Assembly: GCA_047495785.1 (NCBI GenBank)
Contig: JBLDXI010000024.1
Span: forward strand, 186,001-250,000
Reading direction: 5' to 3'
Length of the DNA stretch: 64,000 nt
From: Lepidodermella squamata
Lineage: Eukaryota > Animalia > Gastrotricha
Position numbers and translations under genes: made by a program. A model generated the notes under the pieces. It was not told the DNA's origin. It ran no database searches and worked only from the letters and a program-made list of their open reading frames with translations. Shown here one piece after another: positions 40,748 to 54,200 of this stretch; the stretch's first letter is position 1; each line of letters starts with the position of its first letter.

Positions 40748-42247
40748 TCAGGGCTCGATCATTTTTACGAAAATAGAGTGGTTGATTACGATAGCTGCGC
40801 TTATGATACCGCTATAAATGATAACGTCGATGGCACGCATAAATGACATTGTCATATAGTCGAGGCCGAAGAACCGGAACCGCCTCTGGACCATTTCGTG
40901 AGAGGCGATTGTGCAGGCTATTACGGCGTAAACCGAACACGCCCCGCCGATGAATATTTGCACCAGCAGGAAAATTGTTATGTACGGTATCTCGTCGGAA
41001 TGTGGAATGACTTTCGATATTTCGGAGAGCATCACAACAAGCGCAATTAAAACTGTAATGGAAAAAAAGACAGATTCTTTAAGAGAATTCGGAGCCATAC
41101 AATTATAACCAGTGATTGTGAATGATGATCTATCCGAAAATTGAGGAGGAATCAGTCCTGATACGAGTTGCATCACAGTTAAACACGAGCAAGGTATGAT
41201 GAGGTTAACTATATAGCTGGCGTATCGTCGTTCGAAAACGAAATTGAATGTCGCCCTGAAAGAGACCATAATGCACGATAAATACTCGAATTTTACTCAA
41301 CTACCGGTCGAAAGTTGAATTATCCCAGCCGAAATACGTCACCTGGCTGGTTTCAGCATAGACCGATTTCAACGACCAGACCGATCCGGAATGCACGAAA
41401 CTTTCGGTGTTGTTGTAAAGGCTCACACCACGGCCTATCAAGTTCAACTTGATCACCGTCGTTTCGTCAAAAAGCTCGATATGAATCGGGCAAATTTGCT
41501 TATCGAAAGGCCATTTTTTAAGCCTGAAAGAGAGTATATGGCTGAAAATTATAATCTTATGAAGCTAGCTATATTGCGACCTCAAGGAACAGTACGAAGT
41601 CATGACTGTAACGATTTGCCATATTACATCGCCAGTCGAATAGAAATACATGGGAGTGGTGGATGCGACTCTGAAATCCACCAGAAATGCTGTTTTCCCC
41701 TTATTATCAGCCAGAACTTACTCTTCAAAAAGTTGAGATGAATTGTAACTGTTTGAATGGATTAAAGTTGGGCGCCAATATTTTTTAGCCACGTCTAAAA
41801 CTCTGGAAACGTTTCTCCATTTCTTTGTCTCCTCGGATTCTCCTTTATGAGGAAACGAATTTAAGGTGGATCCTTTGGGAATCTGGCCGACCTACCCCAG
41901 AATACGCAAGGATGGTGCCATTCGAAATCGAGCTCAAGCAACAAGGAAAATCTATCTTTCGAAAATTCTGGCTGTTGAAAATTGAGTAAATAAAATTGTT
42001 TGTAAGACCTTTGAGTGCTATCTTCCAGCTCTCGAAAACTGTAAGGAATCATCTGCAAGTGCATAGACAGCGGGTTGCTGTACTTGACGACTGGCCGGCT
42101 GCTGCTGTTTAAACTGCACCTGTTGATCAAATACTGCTTCACGGCTTCTTCCTCTGGGATAAACTCCTGCGAGTAACCCAAAACCAGTCGAATGGATGTC
42201 AAAATAATGAGTATCAACATTTTAATTACGATAGCTCCAGAAATCAT
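40748..42247 (-). CDS. Divergent Cys-loop ligand-gated ion channel subunit B
   Basis: Signal peptide, SSRPV, WRP, Cys-loop CSLRLKKWPFDKQIC, FERRYASYIVNLIIPC and four TMs. Tandem paralog of subunit A. Confidence 0.85.
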
Positions 42248-42624
42248 CAAATTTTTGCCAGCTTAATAGTACAGTTCGCAAAGGTTTAAACAGCTGCTGC
42301 TACTATTATTTCATGCGGGAAGTGACACGACCCAGGAATAACGAAATATTTTATTGATCGGCAACGTTATGAAAGGTAAATCATTTAGTCGGAAATAACG
42401 AAATCTCTTGACCGAGTAATGATAGTCAAATTTTAAGGTAGAAGAATGAATTGCGAAAATAAACACAAAAAATAGAGAAACTATTGCACCGCACTCAAGT
42501 GTATATAACCGGACTAGCTGGAAATCGACTATAAATTCTCGATAGCATAAGAAACAGGCAGCAAGAGAGAAAAATACGATATTTCATAGAATTAATCAAA
42601 AGCAAAAAAAATAAATGATTATCT

Positions 42625-45600
42625 TCAACGAGTCAGCTGTTGCGCTGACCATAAACCGTAATAGAGACCGCGTTTAGCTAGGAGATCTTCGTGCGTGCCC
42701 AATTCGCGAACAACCCCACCTTGAATAACGGCAATTTCGTCAGCGTTTTCGATTGTCGATAAGCGATGCGCGATGACAAGAACAGTGCGACCCTCGCGGG
42801 CGCGATCCAACGCGTCTTGAACCACCTTCTCACTCTCTGAATCCAGGGCTGAGGTTGCCTCGTCCAGCAGAAGCAACTGCGGTTGGCGAATCAACGCTCG
42901 GGCGATGGCAACTCGCTGCTTCTGGCCGCCACTCAACTGGGCGCCTCGCTCGCCGACCCTGGTGTTATAACCCTCGGGCAGGGCCTTGATAAACTCGTGG
43001 ATATTCGCCATTTTCGCGACTTCTTCGATTTCTTCCTGAGACGCCGTTCCGCCTCGAGTAGCGCTCCTCAACCCATCGAGGCCGTACGAGATATTCTCGC
43101 CGATAGTTCGATCGAAAAGGATGGGCTCCTGCGAAACTAGGGACATCTTACTGCGAGCCCAGGGTAAGCTCAGGTCAGTCAGCGGGTTGTTGTCAAGTCG
43201 AACGTGGCCTAAATTCGGGTCGTAAAACCGCTCAAGCAGTTGGATAACCGTCGATTTTCCACAGCCACTCCCTCCGACCAGCGCAATAGTTTTGCCCGAC
43301 TCGACCTGCAAATTGATGCCGTGTAGGATGGTGGCGTTCGGGCGGGTCGGGTAGTAGAAATGAACTGATTCAACAGTGGCCCGGCCTTCGAACTTTTCTG
43401 GCTTGTAGGCATCGGCCGAATTCTCCCAATCAATCGCCGGCTTGCGGTCGAGCAGCTTGAAAATCTCAGCGACAGCGAGTTGGGCCTTGCGCTGGTCTGG
43501 CGCCATCGCGTTGGCTTGGCCGACTGCGAATGCGCTGAACATGATGGCGGCGAGGGCCGTGAACATGTCGCCGAATTCTGTCACTCCGTCCTTGATGAAC
43601 GTGGCGCCCGCGTAGAAGGCGGCCGAGTACGCGAAAAGCATCGAAGCTTCGCTCAACCCAAAGCAAATACCAGCAATCTGTCATAAAAAAAAATGAAGTA
43701 TTATCACGATTTCTCAAACAAAACTAAGTTTTTACGTTGATCTTGATAAGTTCTCGCTTATGACGGCTGACCAGTGGGGTGTTGAATAGGTCGATGAAAA
43801 TGCGATAGGCGCCGAGGGAGGTGACTGTTCGAATGTTAGTCGTCGACTGCACAAGGTATTTCGCCGCCTGCTCGACAAATTTGTCCTGAGAAACGGTGTC
43901 ACCGACCGCTTTGCCTTGAACCAGACCGCCGAAAATGAGGACAGGCACAAAGGCCAACATAATCAGGGTGATTCGCCATTCGAAGATGAAAGCAATGACT
44001 ATAGCAGCTAGCAAAGATGAAAGATTCTGGACCAGCCTGTGAAATAGTGTAAAATAAAGGCATTATTTTATATTATTATTATTATATTTTTTTTATAATT
44101 GACAGTTTGCAAGTGAAGAGTGGGTTAGGCGAGTTTTCAGTATTTTCCACCAAATCCCAACAGGAGCGCTGGCTAGAAAGGAACGATTGGTGGATTTCAT
44201 CGTATTCTAACCCTTTCGAATGGTTTATAGTTTTATTAGCGAAAAGGACAAAGTAAAAAATTTATTTATTATTTATTTAACCCAGATTTTCTTGAAGATT
44301 TAAAATTATCTAATTTCAGACCTTCCGGAAGAAACCATCCTTCTTGAAAGGCTGGAATCTGAAAACTATCCCCGACAATTCTTGTCTTGACGCGGGGCCA
44401 CCAGCTCGATTCCTCCCAATTTTTTTGAAATCTAATTTTGAAATTTTTTTAATGTTTTAATATCCAATATCCAGGGAGATTCTATATAGGTACCTCGAAT
44501 TACCATAATAATTTAAAAAATTGAAGTTTAAAAATTAAAAAATTAAAGTCCATTTTCTCAAATGTGATGACGCGATGACTATCAATCTCTTTTTCATATC
44601 ATTCGACACTATGTCGAAAAATTCGCCAAACCCCACTTTTCACTTGTTAACTTGGTCAATTATGATTTTTTCGAACTTACTGAGCCAGCTGTGAGCCAGT
44701 TGCATCGCGAACTTGCCCGCATTTGGTCGCCAAACGGCTAGCCAACGCTCCCGTCGCGTTGTCTTCATCATCGAACCAGGCAGTTTCTTGCCGCAGCATC
44801 GCGTGAAACGCCATTTTTCGAATACGGGCCACTAACTGCTCGCCGGCATACGCAAATCCAGCCATCATAACCGTGAATCCGATGAAGCAAGCCGCGCCAA
44901 TTGCGAGGAAAATCAGCGAGAACGTCAGGCCCTTCTGGTAACGCGCCTCCGGGTCGCAGTCAGTGAACGCGTCCATCATTCGCGAGAAAATGACCGAAAA
45001 AGCTGGCCAAACGGCGCCGCAAAGCAGCGACCCCAGCGTACCGGCGAAGATGTACGGAATTTCAGGTGTAGCCAAGCCCCACAGGCGTCGCATCGAAAAG
45101 TGATTCTTCACCAAATCGTCCTCCAACTTTTTCTTTTCAGCAGCAGTTAACGCGACAGTTTTGCTGTCAATGTCCTTCATATCGGCGACTTCCTTCGTCG
45201 GCGAAATGGCGCCATCGGCGTGACTTTTGCGGTTCGCCAACGCAGTTCGACGCTCTCGGGCGCTGTCGAATTCCAGGGTGACGTCAGACACATCTCGGCC
45301 CTTTTGCGCTTCAACCAACTTCGCGTAGATGCCCTTACGTTCAATCAGCTCGGTGTGAGTTCCAAATTCGCAAACTTGCCCGGCGTCGATTACAACGATT
45401 TTATCGGCGTTCATGATAGTCGACAGGCGATGGGCGATTGCGATGGTAGTTCGGCCGGCCCTGGCTTTGTCCAACGCGTCTTGAACAATCGCCTCAGACT
45501 CGGTGTCTAACGCAGACGTTGCTTCGTCGAGGAGTAGGACCCTCGGGTTTCGGACCAAGGCCCTGGCGATGGCGATTCGCTGTTTCTGACCACCACTCAA

Positions 45601-47862
45601 CTGGGCGCCCTGTTCTCCGACCATCGTTTCGTAGCCTTGGGGTAGTTTCATGATAAAACTGTGGGCGTTAGCCAGCCGCGCCGCTCGTTCGATTTCCTCA
45701 CGCGTGACGCTAGGGCAGCCGTATCGGATGTTTTCAAGGATCGAAGCTCCGAAAAGGATCGGCTCTTGGCTGACGACGCCAATCAACGAACGGAACCAGA
45801 AAATGTTGTATTCCCGCAAATCGACGCCATCAATCGAGACAGAACCGGCATCTGGGTCGTAGAAACGCTGTAAAAGCTGAATGATTGTCGATTTGCCACA
45901 ACCACTCGCGCCGACCAGGGCGACCGTTGTGCCTGGTTCAATTGAAAGCGAGACATTTTGCAGGATCGGAACGTCAGGGCGAGTCGGGTAGCGGAAAGAA
46001 ATGTTCTTGAATTCGATACGGCACGGGAATTTCTCGCCATTCTCGCGCTTTACGCCCAGCTTTGAGAACGGGTCGATTGTTGGCCGCCTATCGATGACTT
46101 GAAACACATTGTAGGCAGCAGAACGAGCCGCGGCGAAAGCCTGAATCGAGGTAACACTCATGCCCAGCGAGAAAGTGCCCATAATGACGGCGAAAAACGT
46201 TGTAGTCACAACTCCGATGGAATACCCAGGCTCGCCGCGGTTTATCAACTCAACACCGTACGAAAAACCAAGGGCATACGAACCGAAAATAATGAAGAAT
46301 GTCAGACCCATCATAACACCCATGACAACGCCTTTTTTCGTGCCGAATCGCCTCGCATCGTCGAGATTCGCCGCGTATCGTTCCACCTCAATGCGCTGGC
46401 CGCCGAACGACGCGACAGTTCTGATTGATCCGAGCACTTCTTGTGCAATCGCACCCGCCTTGGCGTAGGCATTTGTTTCATCCTGAGCCTGCGCGAACGC
46501 GAATTTCATCATGAGAACAGCGGCAACTGCGAGCAATGGAGAAAGCGATAGCACAACCAAAGCCAGCTCCCAGCCCTTGATCATAGCGATGACCATGCCG
46601 GCGATGAAAGCGGCGATGCTTTGAAATATTAGGGCGCATTTGTCGCCTATGCCTTTGTGAATTAGGAGGATGTCCTCGGCGAATTTCGACGTAACAGTGC
46701 CCGATTCTTGCTGATCGTACCAGCCGACGTCTTGGCGTATCAAATTGCGGAAAAATGCGATGCGGATGTTTTTCACCTGATTTTCAGCCGCCATGCCGAA
46801 CGCTGAGAAATGGATGTAGCCAACTAACCAGCTAGCAGCGCCAATGACTTGAAAATTTTGAAAAATTACCCGAAAATTTAATTAAAATCCAGAGTTTACT
46901 TACTGACAAAATAGATGATTTGCTCGAGCATCTTATCCAAAAACTCAGCCTTGCCTTGTTCGATCAAAGCACATGTAGCATTAACTTTTTCGAAAAATCC
47001 AGTGCCGTTTAGCGACTGGAGAATAGGAGCTAATGCCCAGGCCTCAGGGTTTGTCCAGATTATTGTCACAATTTCTTGTTCCAGCTGGCTTTCGGACTTG
47101 GTCAAGAAGTCATCGCACGTCAATTTGAAAACTCTGGTTATGTTGTCTATCAAGTCCTTATGATCAGCCATCAGATACGTAAGATTACATTGTTGCTATA
47201 TAACAAAGACAAGGGGAATTAAGCTGCAAAATGTACAAGGCGAAAAACGCTATTACCGATGGGTCGGTGAAGCCGTCAATTACGTTACCAAAAATGACAA
47301 CAGATAGAGGCTGAATAATACCATGGCCAATAGCAGCAAGGATTCCGATGAGCATCAATGCCGTGTCATATTTCGACGCGAATCGGAACTTAGAAACGCG
47401 ATAGTTAAAGGCTTTGATTAAAAAATTAAGCATCAACAGCTCACCACTTCGAAAAACCCAACACTAGGTTTGACTTCTTTCGGAGCCTTTTTCTTCCCAC
47501 TAGGGTCTGTTTCAGCAGTTGTGTCAGGGGTGGCTTTTTGTCCGCCAGTTTCGACATAGGCGACATCGGGGAGTTTTTTCAGTTCAATACCATCACTCAC
47601 CGGAGGTTCCAAGCTCACTGAAAATTGAAACGATGTTTTATATAAATCTTGAAAAACTGTCGTCTGAATTTGAAAGCGTAACTAAAAGGTGCGAGAATTA
47701 GTCACCAACACAACGGAAAATCAACTAGCTACTTCTTCTCACCTGGTTCGTAGGAAACGTTTTGTTTATTGTTCTGTCATATAATTTCAATAATTAGCAA
47801 GCAATTCGGTAGCAAGCCTCCTTAAAGGCTAGGTTCTTTTCGTAACAAACCCGAGACGTCAT
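42625..47862 (-). CDS. ABCB1: ABCB1/P-glycoprotein-like full ABC transporter, copy 3
   Basis: Two complete TMD/NBD halves. Probable start at 47862 via small exons (MTSR|NNKQNVSYEP|VSLEPP); the start is less certain than the body. 644-bp intron at 44037-44680. Confidence 0.9.
44095..44663. mobile_element. MITE-like non-autonomous element with about 45-bp imperfect terminal inverted repeats, inside an ABCB intron
   Basis: Left end ataattgacagtttgcaagtgaagagtgggttaggcgagttttc versus reverse complement of right end ataattgaccaagttaacaagtgaaaagtggggtttggcgaatttttc. AT-rich non-coding interior. Confidence 0.7.
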
Positions 47863-48484
47863 TTGAGTTCAGATTTTCATCGACTGAACCAACAAATGTA
47901 GGATTTATGAATGCTGTCATTTTTTGTACACGGTAATTATTTAAAATGTGATGCTGCTAAGGTCAATAAACTCTTACCTTGAGGTCTCTGGGCCTTTTCC
48001 ATACAACTTGCAAATGACCAGTTTCACTTAAATTCCTAGTTAGTGTTAAAATTTGATTATTTTGCAGGTTTGTCGTAACGAGGAATGAGAACCGATCTGT
48101 TTTGAGCAACAAAACTGAGCTGACAGCAAGCCTCTAGCAAGCAATTGCGAACGCAAGAAGACAACGATGAAAATATGGATAAAGCAGTATATTTATTGAA
48201 GCAATAGCCTTTCTTACAATAGTAGACATATTTTTTCGTTTAAAGAGCGGAATGGCTTCGAAAACGTCAACAATCACAAATTGCCAATAGAATGTCTTAT
48301 ATTAAATTCAACATCGGTAATTGTATATACTCATCATGTTTTGAAAGCAACGGGGTGGGCAAGGATACGAGATGCCTCAGCAATACCTATCACTATTCAA
48401 GCAGCTAATTCAGCATATTATGTTTCAACGTCAAAATTAAAGCAGTAATTGCATCAGAGTCCAAAAGGCTTCTAGCAGCAAGCT

Positions 48485-48788
48485 TTAGTTGTACTTGCTC
48501 TTAAGGTCACCGACCAGCTTGACGTAAGCCTCCTGGGCAGCCTCCTTGGCCATGCCTAAAAAATCCACCTTAACAACAATTTTTTAGGTTAAATAAGAAT
48601 TTACCCTTCTTGGCGTTCCAGGCGTCCCATTTGGCCTTTCCCTTGAGGTCCAACATACCTGGGCGATCGGTGTTGCAATCGCCAACGGTGCCTTGCTTGT
48701 AAAGAGCATAGGTCTCGAGCAGTTCGTCGTTGGTTGGCGACTTCTTGAGCTGCTTGACTTCCTCGGCGGCAGTATCGAAGGCACTCAT
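48485..48788 (-). CDS. DBI: Acyl-CoA-binding protein (ACBP/diazepam-binding inhibitor)
   Basis: [46 protein letters not shown]|[22 protein letters not shown]; one intron. Confidence 0.95.
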
Positions 48789-49665
48789 TATTGCTTAGTA
48801 AACGAAAAATATAATAAAATCTAAAAGAAAACATAGAAATACATAGAAGATTGAGCGGTAAGTTCCTTCTTTATTCCAGCAGCGGTTGACTGCGAGTAGT
48901 AAACAGAACAAAAGTGGCTACCTAACCTCTGGATAGCTACATATATAGCCAATATCGTTCAGAGCTGTCTGTTCTTAGCATTGCATTGTAACGCAATTTA
49001 TAGAATTTGAATCAACATTTACAAGTAACGGAACATAAAACGATCAATAATATTATTAACAATTTGATTACTGTTTTTGCGACATTCCGTCGTCGTCGAA
49101 ATACAGAAGATTGTGCCGTGGCAAAATAGCAAACGAGCGTGGCTTCAACACCGTTGCAGCTTGACGATGAGACTTTTTCGGGTAGAAATCATCACATTTG
49201 CGAAAATAAAATTAGTAGTAATCGACATAAATCATCGCAACTAACTAGCTACGTATCATGTAATCATTAATGTCATCGAATTTGTGAGATTCTAAGCATT
49301 CGTTTCTAAAGGTGCGAAGCGCTATCAAGGTTAAACAGCTATCTGACTCAGCTCGGTGTCCGCAATTCCGGGAGTAATAACAAATCCAAAGCACCTATCG
49401 ACCTAGTATTAAAGCCAATATGATAGTAAAAAACAGTGCGATAAGGGAATTTCGCGTTTTGCGGTGCAGGAAAAAAGGCACAAATAACAGCACTAGAATG
49501 AGAAAAACTGATAACAAAAGAGCCCACTACAGCGATAAGACTTTTTGTTTCCTTTAGTGGAACATTACGTCAGCTAGAATGATTAATTCGATTATATTAT
49601 TCATGAAATTAGGTCTTGTACATAGCAAATCAAGGAAGTATCATATTATACAAGAGGCTGGCATA

Positions 49666-50473
<808 letters not shown>

Positions 50474-51207
50474 CTAAGATTATAAAATGAGAAATTTAGA
50501 AGCGGTGATGATGAAAATGCATATTTTAGCAAAACCAACCAAGTCAAAACAATGAATTCGTTATTCTTTTCCATCACGTGAATAGATATTATTATTATTA
50601 ATATTATTACATTCAATTATCATAGCCATAGCATTAGTATAAACAAGACCGATCAGTGAAATGTCCCACACGAGACCGTGTGGTGATGGTAAGTGACGAT
50701 AATAAGCGCCAATAAATACGGAAACGAGACAAAATTTAAGAGACGAAGCTGAATACAACTCGGTTTTCGCAATACAAATTGTTTAGAAATAATTGTTGCT
50801 ATTGCTGTGAGATGAGCCCGGAGGATGACCGCGAACAGGGCTGGTCGCAATGATAACTGGCGGCTGGCTTTCGAACAACGGCTGGCCATACGGTTCAGGG
50901 GACTGTATTAATGATATAAAAACGAAATTGATTAATTATCTAATAACCAAAAGTGTAAAAGTGCAATTTTTTAGTCGAAAATGAGAGTTCAGTGTTGCCC
51001 ATTTTAGCCGCGGCCATGCATTCAAATCTATCAGGAACCTTCATTTTCAACCAATTTGTGGTTATAAAGTCCCGTTTCCGAACGACGGTGTTGGGTTATA
51101 CTCTTGAATATGTTAGGTGTTAGCTGGATATAGAGTTAAATCATGTGAAAATAATAGGAAATTGATTTTTGTAAAAGGTAATAGTATAACAACCCTAACA
51201 CCAGTGT

Positions 51208-54200
51208 TCAGTAGGATTCATAGATCGCAAACTCGGATCTCTTCAGGACCATCTGCGTCTGCGCGAATTAGTCACGATAGGCGAGTTTAATAATAGTAAT
51301 GACATTCAAGTGCATTCGGGTGAAAGTGCGTTAGTGAAATTTACCTGAATGGGTGCTTCGCCGGACGGCTGGTCGAAGAACGACCGGTAATTACTGCCGC
51401 CCAGGGAGGAGTTGTCGTACCAGGACGACCCTCCACCGCCACCACCACCACCTGAACCACCACCACCACCACCATTACCTGTACCACCACCACCCGCATA
51501 GCCGGCGGGGAAATCACCTGAATAACCCGACGAGGAGGAATGAGCTGGGAACGACCGATTATTCGGCATTTGAGACGAAGAAGGCAGCCGCTGGTGAGCC
51601 GGCGGTGGTTGAGGGTACGGTGCCGGCGGGTTCGCACCCGTCGACGTCACGTACTGCTCAACTAGCGGCGTCGAACCGCCGCCGCCTGATGATGTCGAAT
51701 ACTGAGGAGTCGTAGCAGACGACTGCCGGCGTGGGTCCGGTCCGTAAGAACTGGTTCGCTGGGTCTGGGAACTACTCCGACTGGAAGACGAGGCGGGTGG
51801 CGCTCCTGATCCACTACTCCGGTGGCTGCTACTAGTCCGCCGCATCGAAGATGAGGACGACGAAGAAGAACCAGGAGGACGAGACGGGTCGGCCTGGCTC
51901 TTACGACGACTCGAATCGTTCGGGTCACTGCTGTTCGACTGAGACGGGAAGTCTGGCTGAGATTTATGATGTTGCAAACTCCTGCCCGGCTGCGGTTCGG
52001 ATGACTGCTTCTGAATTTGCGGATATGAAGCCGACAGGGGTATGGGCGTCGGCTCTGGTATGCCGCTCGGAGTAACCGCTGGCGGTTTTTCCTTCGACCC
52101 ATCGAAAGAATTGGTTCGTTGCCTGAACCCTGAGCCAGACGACGCATTTCTCGACGACGACGAAGATGACGAGGACTGGCCATTGCCGCTTATCGGTAAA
52201 GTTCCAGGCCGTTTAGAGGAAGAACTCGATTCTTTCGAACCAGACGAGCCATTGCCATTGCCCTCAGCGTTAACAGTACTACTTTTCTTTGGAATTCGGA
52301 AACTGCCCAGCAAACTGCTACTAGGAGCCCCTTGGCTTGCAGCCGGTTGCTGCGGTGTAGTTTTCGACGAGCTGTTCGAGTTTTTCGGCGTCGTCTTCGA
52401 GGCACTTCCGCCCCCTGCTGCCGGGTCGGGTGTTCCCGTCGGTGTTGTCGACGGAGTTTTCTTCGGAATTTTCATATTGGTTGGTAGCGGTTTCGTAAAA
52501 TCTGACAAGGCCGCCGGCTTGGCTGCTTGGCCTTCGGTGCGTGGCTTATCTTTCTTGGAATCAGCTGACCCAGTAGTAGCGGCGTCTTTCTCAATTTTAC
52601 GCTGTTTAGCTAGAATCGGGCCAGACTTATCGTCGCTAATCGTTCGCTGGCGTTGCGAAGTGGCCGCGGTGGATGAAGCAGGGCCTGGTGCTGCTTTCGC
52701 CACGGATGTTTTCAAGGTAGCTGAACCAGCTGGATTGGCAACAGGCGCTGGTCTCTTAACCGGGCGCGATAAACTGGCTTTCAACTCTGCCGGCGAACTG
52801 GGTACAGGATCGCGGTCAGTGAACGCGAAGGCGTCCTCCTGCGACTCTTGAGCGTTCTTAAACAGAACCCGATCGAGAGCGGCTCGGGCAGCTTGACGAC
52901 TATCACCCGTGTCATAAATATCAGACGATTGAAGCAGCTTCATTCCGCCTTGCTTGCTAAAACTCGACTTCAGTGCCGCAACAGCCGGGGTCAAGCCACG
53001 CGAAGTCGACATAGGACGATTCGGGTCATTACCACCCGATGCATTTGTCGATTTATTAGCCGATGAGCTGGATGAAGTGTCCGGCAGCGAGTTACTGCTA
53101 GACTGTTCTGACTCGTCGGAAGAAATCACGCGTTGCTGCATACGATTACTTCCGATTCGCAGCTGACCCGACATCGCGCTGTTGGATCGAGACTGGTTTC
53201 GATTTCCCATCATCATCGACAATGGCGGGCTAGTTCGGGTGTCGTCGAAAACTGGCGAGGCTTCATAAACGCCTTGTTCACAGATAACCAAGCCTTTTTC
53301 GTCTTCTTCGCTAGCTGGTCGAGCAGGTAGTTCCGATTCGAGAACGGGCGGAGACGGCGAACCTTCGATGTTTGCATCGACCGGGTCATTGTTCATACCA
53401 GCCATCTTCTCGTCAGACGGGGTTGACTGAACACATGACTCCTCTGATTCTTCATTGCCATGTTCTGAGGGGTAGCTGAAAGCTGGAGTCATCGCCATTG
53501 GCGTATTGCTTTGATGGTATTCGCTGCCACCTCCTTGTAAATGGGTGAAGAATTCACTTCCGTGCCGAGAACCAGCCGGCGATTGTTGCATCGAAAACGC
53601 GGGCGAGGAAGCCGATGGAGACGTTGATGGTTTCCGTACTCGTTTTGCCTGGGTCGGTGGCTTGACCTTACCGGAAACTAAAACAGGCGACATCTGATGC
53701 TCACCAGTTTCGCTGACAGTGGGCAGGGATGGGCGTTTTTTCGACGAAGAAGCTGCTGCCGGGCTGCGAACAGCCGTGTTTTGAACAGCTGCTGCCGCCG
53801 AACCCGGTGAAATAACCAAAGGAACTTTCCTCGGCCGCCCTCTAGTTCCAGTGTGTATTGTCGTAGTCCGAACTGGAGCCGGTATGCTGATAGTTGGCGG
53901 TGGCGGGTCAAAACTTGTGATATTTGACGAGTTCGGAAGCCACGAGGTTGAGTTCAGCAAACGCGTCGGTGATAAATTTTCAGCGGACGGGCTGTACATC
54001 GCAGAATTATTCGCTACACTGGCGCTATTTGCTGCCGCTGCTGCTGCATTCATTGCATCACTCTCCGATAAAATTTCTTCGAGGATCGACGGCTTTTTTG
54101 ATTTCGCAGAATCACTGCAGGCTGATGGTGACAGCGCCATATTGACATCTTGCTTTTCGTCTTTAAGTAGGGAAGAACTCAGCGGAGCAGGCAGGAAGCT

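Noticed and set aside
26976-47862. Fragmented ABCB and channel ORFs as pseudogenes or frameshifts
   Set aside because: The breaks I traced are bridged in frame by short GT-AG introns, and the catalytic motifs are intact.
52042-52851. 269-aa + strand ORF, and similar antisense ORFs such as 16232-16717 and 20451-20963
   Set aside because: These are shadows of low-complexity or GC-rich coding exons on the opposite strand, with no domain signal.
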